DNA of 64,000 nt, taken from NCBI GenBank assembly GCA_035221665.1, contig CM069163.1, forward strand, positions 11,904,001 to 11,968,000. Direction: 5' to 3'. The notes beneath the pieces are model-generated. The model did no database searches. It saw nothing but the letters and a program-made list of their open reading frames with translations, and was not told the origin of the DNA. This document shows, one piece after another, positions 61,901-64,000 of the stretch. The position numbers and the translations under genes are program-made. The DNA is from Okamejei kenojei. Lineage: Eukaryota. Numbering within the stretch: position 1 is the stretch's first letter; each line of letters starts with the position of its first letter.

Positions 61901-64000
61901 GACCACGTCTCTCATTCTCCCCCTCCCTTGTACTGTCCTCCTTGCGCCCTCGTCCATTTTCCTTTCTCTCCCGCTCCATTTTCCTTTGCCCTCATTCTCC
62001 CTCTCCACTGGCCGTAGCTTGCCTCCCGCCATGTCTACTGGTCCGCAGGCTGCCCTCTCCATTTCCTTGCTCGCCTTCGCCCCGCGTCCAGTGTCCTGTT
62101 CGCGCCAGGCTCACTAGTGCCAGTGGGCCCCTTGCCTCATGTTTTCCCTCTCCATGGTCCTGTCTCGCAGGCTGCCCCCGTCCAGTTTCCTTTCTCTCGC
62201 TGTCTCCCTCTCCATTTGTCCTTGGCGCTCATTCTCCCTCTCCATTTCCAGTCTCTCAAGTTGTTCCCTCCCCCTCCATGTCCTTGCTTCTTCCTTCTCC
62301 CTCTCGCATTTTCCTTTCTCGTCATTTTCCCTCTCCATTCGCCTTTCTCGTCATTATTCCCTTCGTCCATTTTCATTTCTCCCATGCTCCCCCGTCCATT
62401 TGCCTGTGCTCTCCGTCGCCCTCTCCATTTGTCCCTTTCTCTCATTATCCCTCTCCATTTTCCTGGCTCCTTATTTTCCCTCTCCTTTGTGACTGGCGCT
62501 CAGTCGCTTCGCCACATTGATACGTGCTCATTCTCCCCCTCACATTCTCCATTTGCTCTCCCCCACTCCCCCACGCCCCCACGCCCAGACTTATCCGGAG
62601 ACTGACCCAACTCTTCCAACGCTGCCAGCCCCTCCCAACCAACCTGCTCCACTGCAGCACCAACTCCCCCTCCGAAACCCGAACCAGCCAACTCACCCAC
62701 GCCCAGCACCCCCAAACTACGCCACACGGGCCACATCCAACTCACTCTTACAATTATCTCAGCTCTACCATCCGTCGCAAAAACACGTGAAAGTCTCTCA
62801 CGATGCCCTGCCATGGTTGCAGGTGATACGTATGAGCGCACGCTCATTGCGGCCGGTGTAGCGCCCTCTCCCATTGTGCAATGTCTCCCAGGGCTCCACT
62901 GCACCAAGGTGTGACTGGTCGCTCACGCGCCCGTCCTGTGAGCAGGGCGGCGTCTTTCTTGCCCGCTCCAACTAGCCGTTCTTCGCATTCTCGCCCTCGT
63001 CCTTGGTCCGTTGTTCGCATCCGCCCATTGGCCTTGCACTCCTTCGCCCGCGCCAGTTTTCCTTTTCGCTCATTCTCCCGTCGCCATTGCCCTTCTCTCC
63101 CTCTCCATTTTCCCTTCTCTCAATGGCTCGCCTCTGCCATCTGCCTGGCTAGTGTCATTGCGGCCCGCTGCCATTGGCCTGTCTCTCATTCTCCCTCGCC
63201 AGTTTAGCGTGCTCTCATTCTCCCTGTCTCCAGTTTGCCGGTCGCTCATGCTCACTCTCCAGTGTTTACGTTTGCTCCCATTCCCTCGTGCTCCATTTTC
63301 CTTGGTCTCGCCCTCCCTAGTTGCCACTGCTCGCATTCGTCCCTCTCCACTTTCCTTGTCTCTTATCATTCCATTTGATCTTTTTCTCATCCCCCTCGTC
63401 TCATGTGGCCGGTGTGCGCTCCCGCCCCGCCCCATGGCCGTTTCTCTCAGGCATCCCTATGGTCATTTCCTTTCGCTTCAGTGGTCCCATCACCTGTTTC
63501 CCTGTGCTCTCATTTTCCCTCGCCATTTTACGTGCTCTCATGCTCCCCCCTCCCATTTCCTTTCGCTCATTCTCCATCTCCATTCGCCTTTCTCGCCTTC
63601 TCCCCGCCTCCAGTTGTCCCGTTCTCTCAGTGGCCCGCTCCCTGGTGACGGTGCTCTCAGTCGTCCCTCTACATTGTACGTCTCTCATTCGTCCCCCGTC
63701 CATTTGCCTTTCTCTTTCCTCCCGTCCCATTTTTGACTTCTCGCATTCGTCCCTGCTCATTTTACGTTCGCTCACCTCTCCCGCCAGTTTCCCTTTCTCT
63801 CATTCTCCCTCACCCATCTTCCTTTCTCTCATTCCTCCCTCTCCATAGTCCGGTGTCTCATCCTCTCATTTTCCTTCACATCATTCTCCCTCCTCCCATG
63901 TTTCCTTTCCGGCATTCTCCCGCTCCAGTGAGCCTTTCGATCCGCTCTTCCATTGTGCCTTTCGAGCATCCTCCCTCTCCATTTTGCCTCTGTCTCTCAT
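49910..64000 (+). repeat. Long degenerate pyrimidine-rich satellite (CTCTCATTTTCCCTCTCCATTTTCCTTT-like), opposite polarity to 49101-49815
   Basis: CATT anchors about every 13-15 nt across 14 kb; strong C/T strand skew. Confidence 0.92.

Noticed and set aside
48807-63848. Many long ORFs (up to 834 aa) rich in S/P/F/L or G/E/R/K
   Set aside because: Stop codons are scarce on a C/T-skewed satellite; several overlapping frames are open, and the peptides are low-complexity with no domain.

Overview
Vertebrate genomic DNA, probably a cartilaginous fish (skate/ray/shark), inferred from the CR1/Penelope/SINE repeat content. The minus strand carries the 5' ~47 kb of a centrosomin-family gene, best read as CDK5RAP2 (Cep215). 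I traced 20 coding exons by hand (48855 to 2224, ~855 codons, running off the left edge). All have GT-AG boundaries and consistent phases, except the exon 1/2 junction. The main surprise is a 352-codon intact alternative first exon at 18788-19843, inside intron 9. It resembles the N-terminal exon of the EB1-binding myomegalin/PDE4DIP isoform (CxxC...CxxC domain plus SKIP motif) and would swap the gamma-TuRC-activating CM1 domain for an EB1/Golgi-type module. The introns hold CR1 and Rex1 LINEs, SINEs, two TIR/TSD DNA transposons, and Penelope-like elements. Several of the Penelope-like elements carry minimal hammerhead-ribozyme cores, some in foldback arrangements with target-site duplications (TSDs). 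Upstream of the CpG-island promoter lies ~15 kb of homopurine/homopyrimidine satellite with a strand-polarity switch; part of it may be low-quality assembly. The long ORFs there are compositional artefacts. Comparisons with human proteins and exon sizes are from memory, not from searches.
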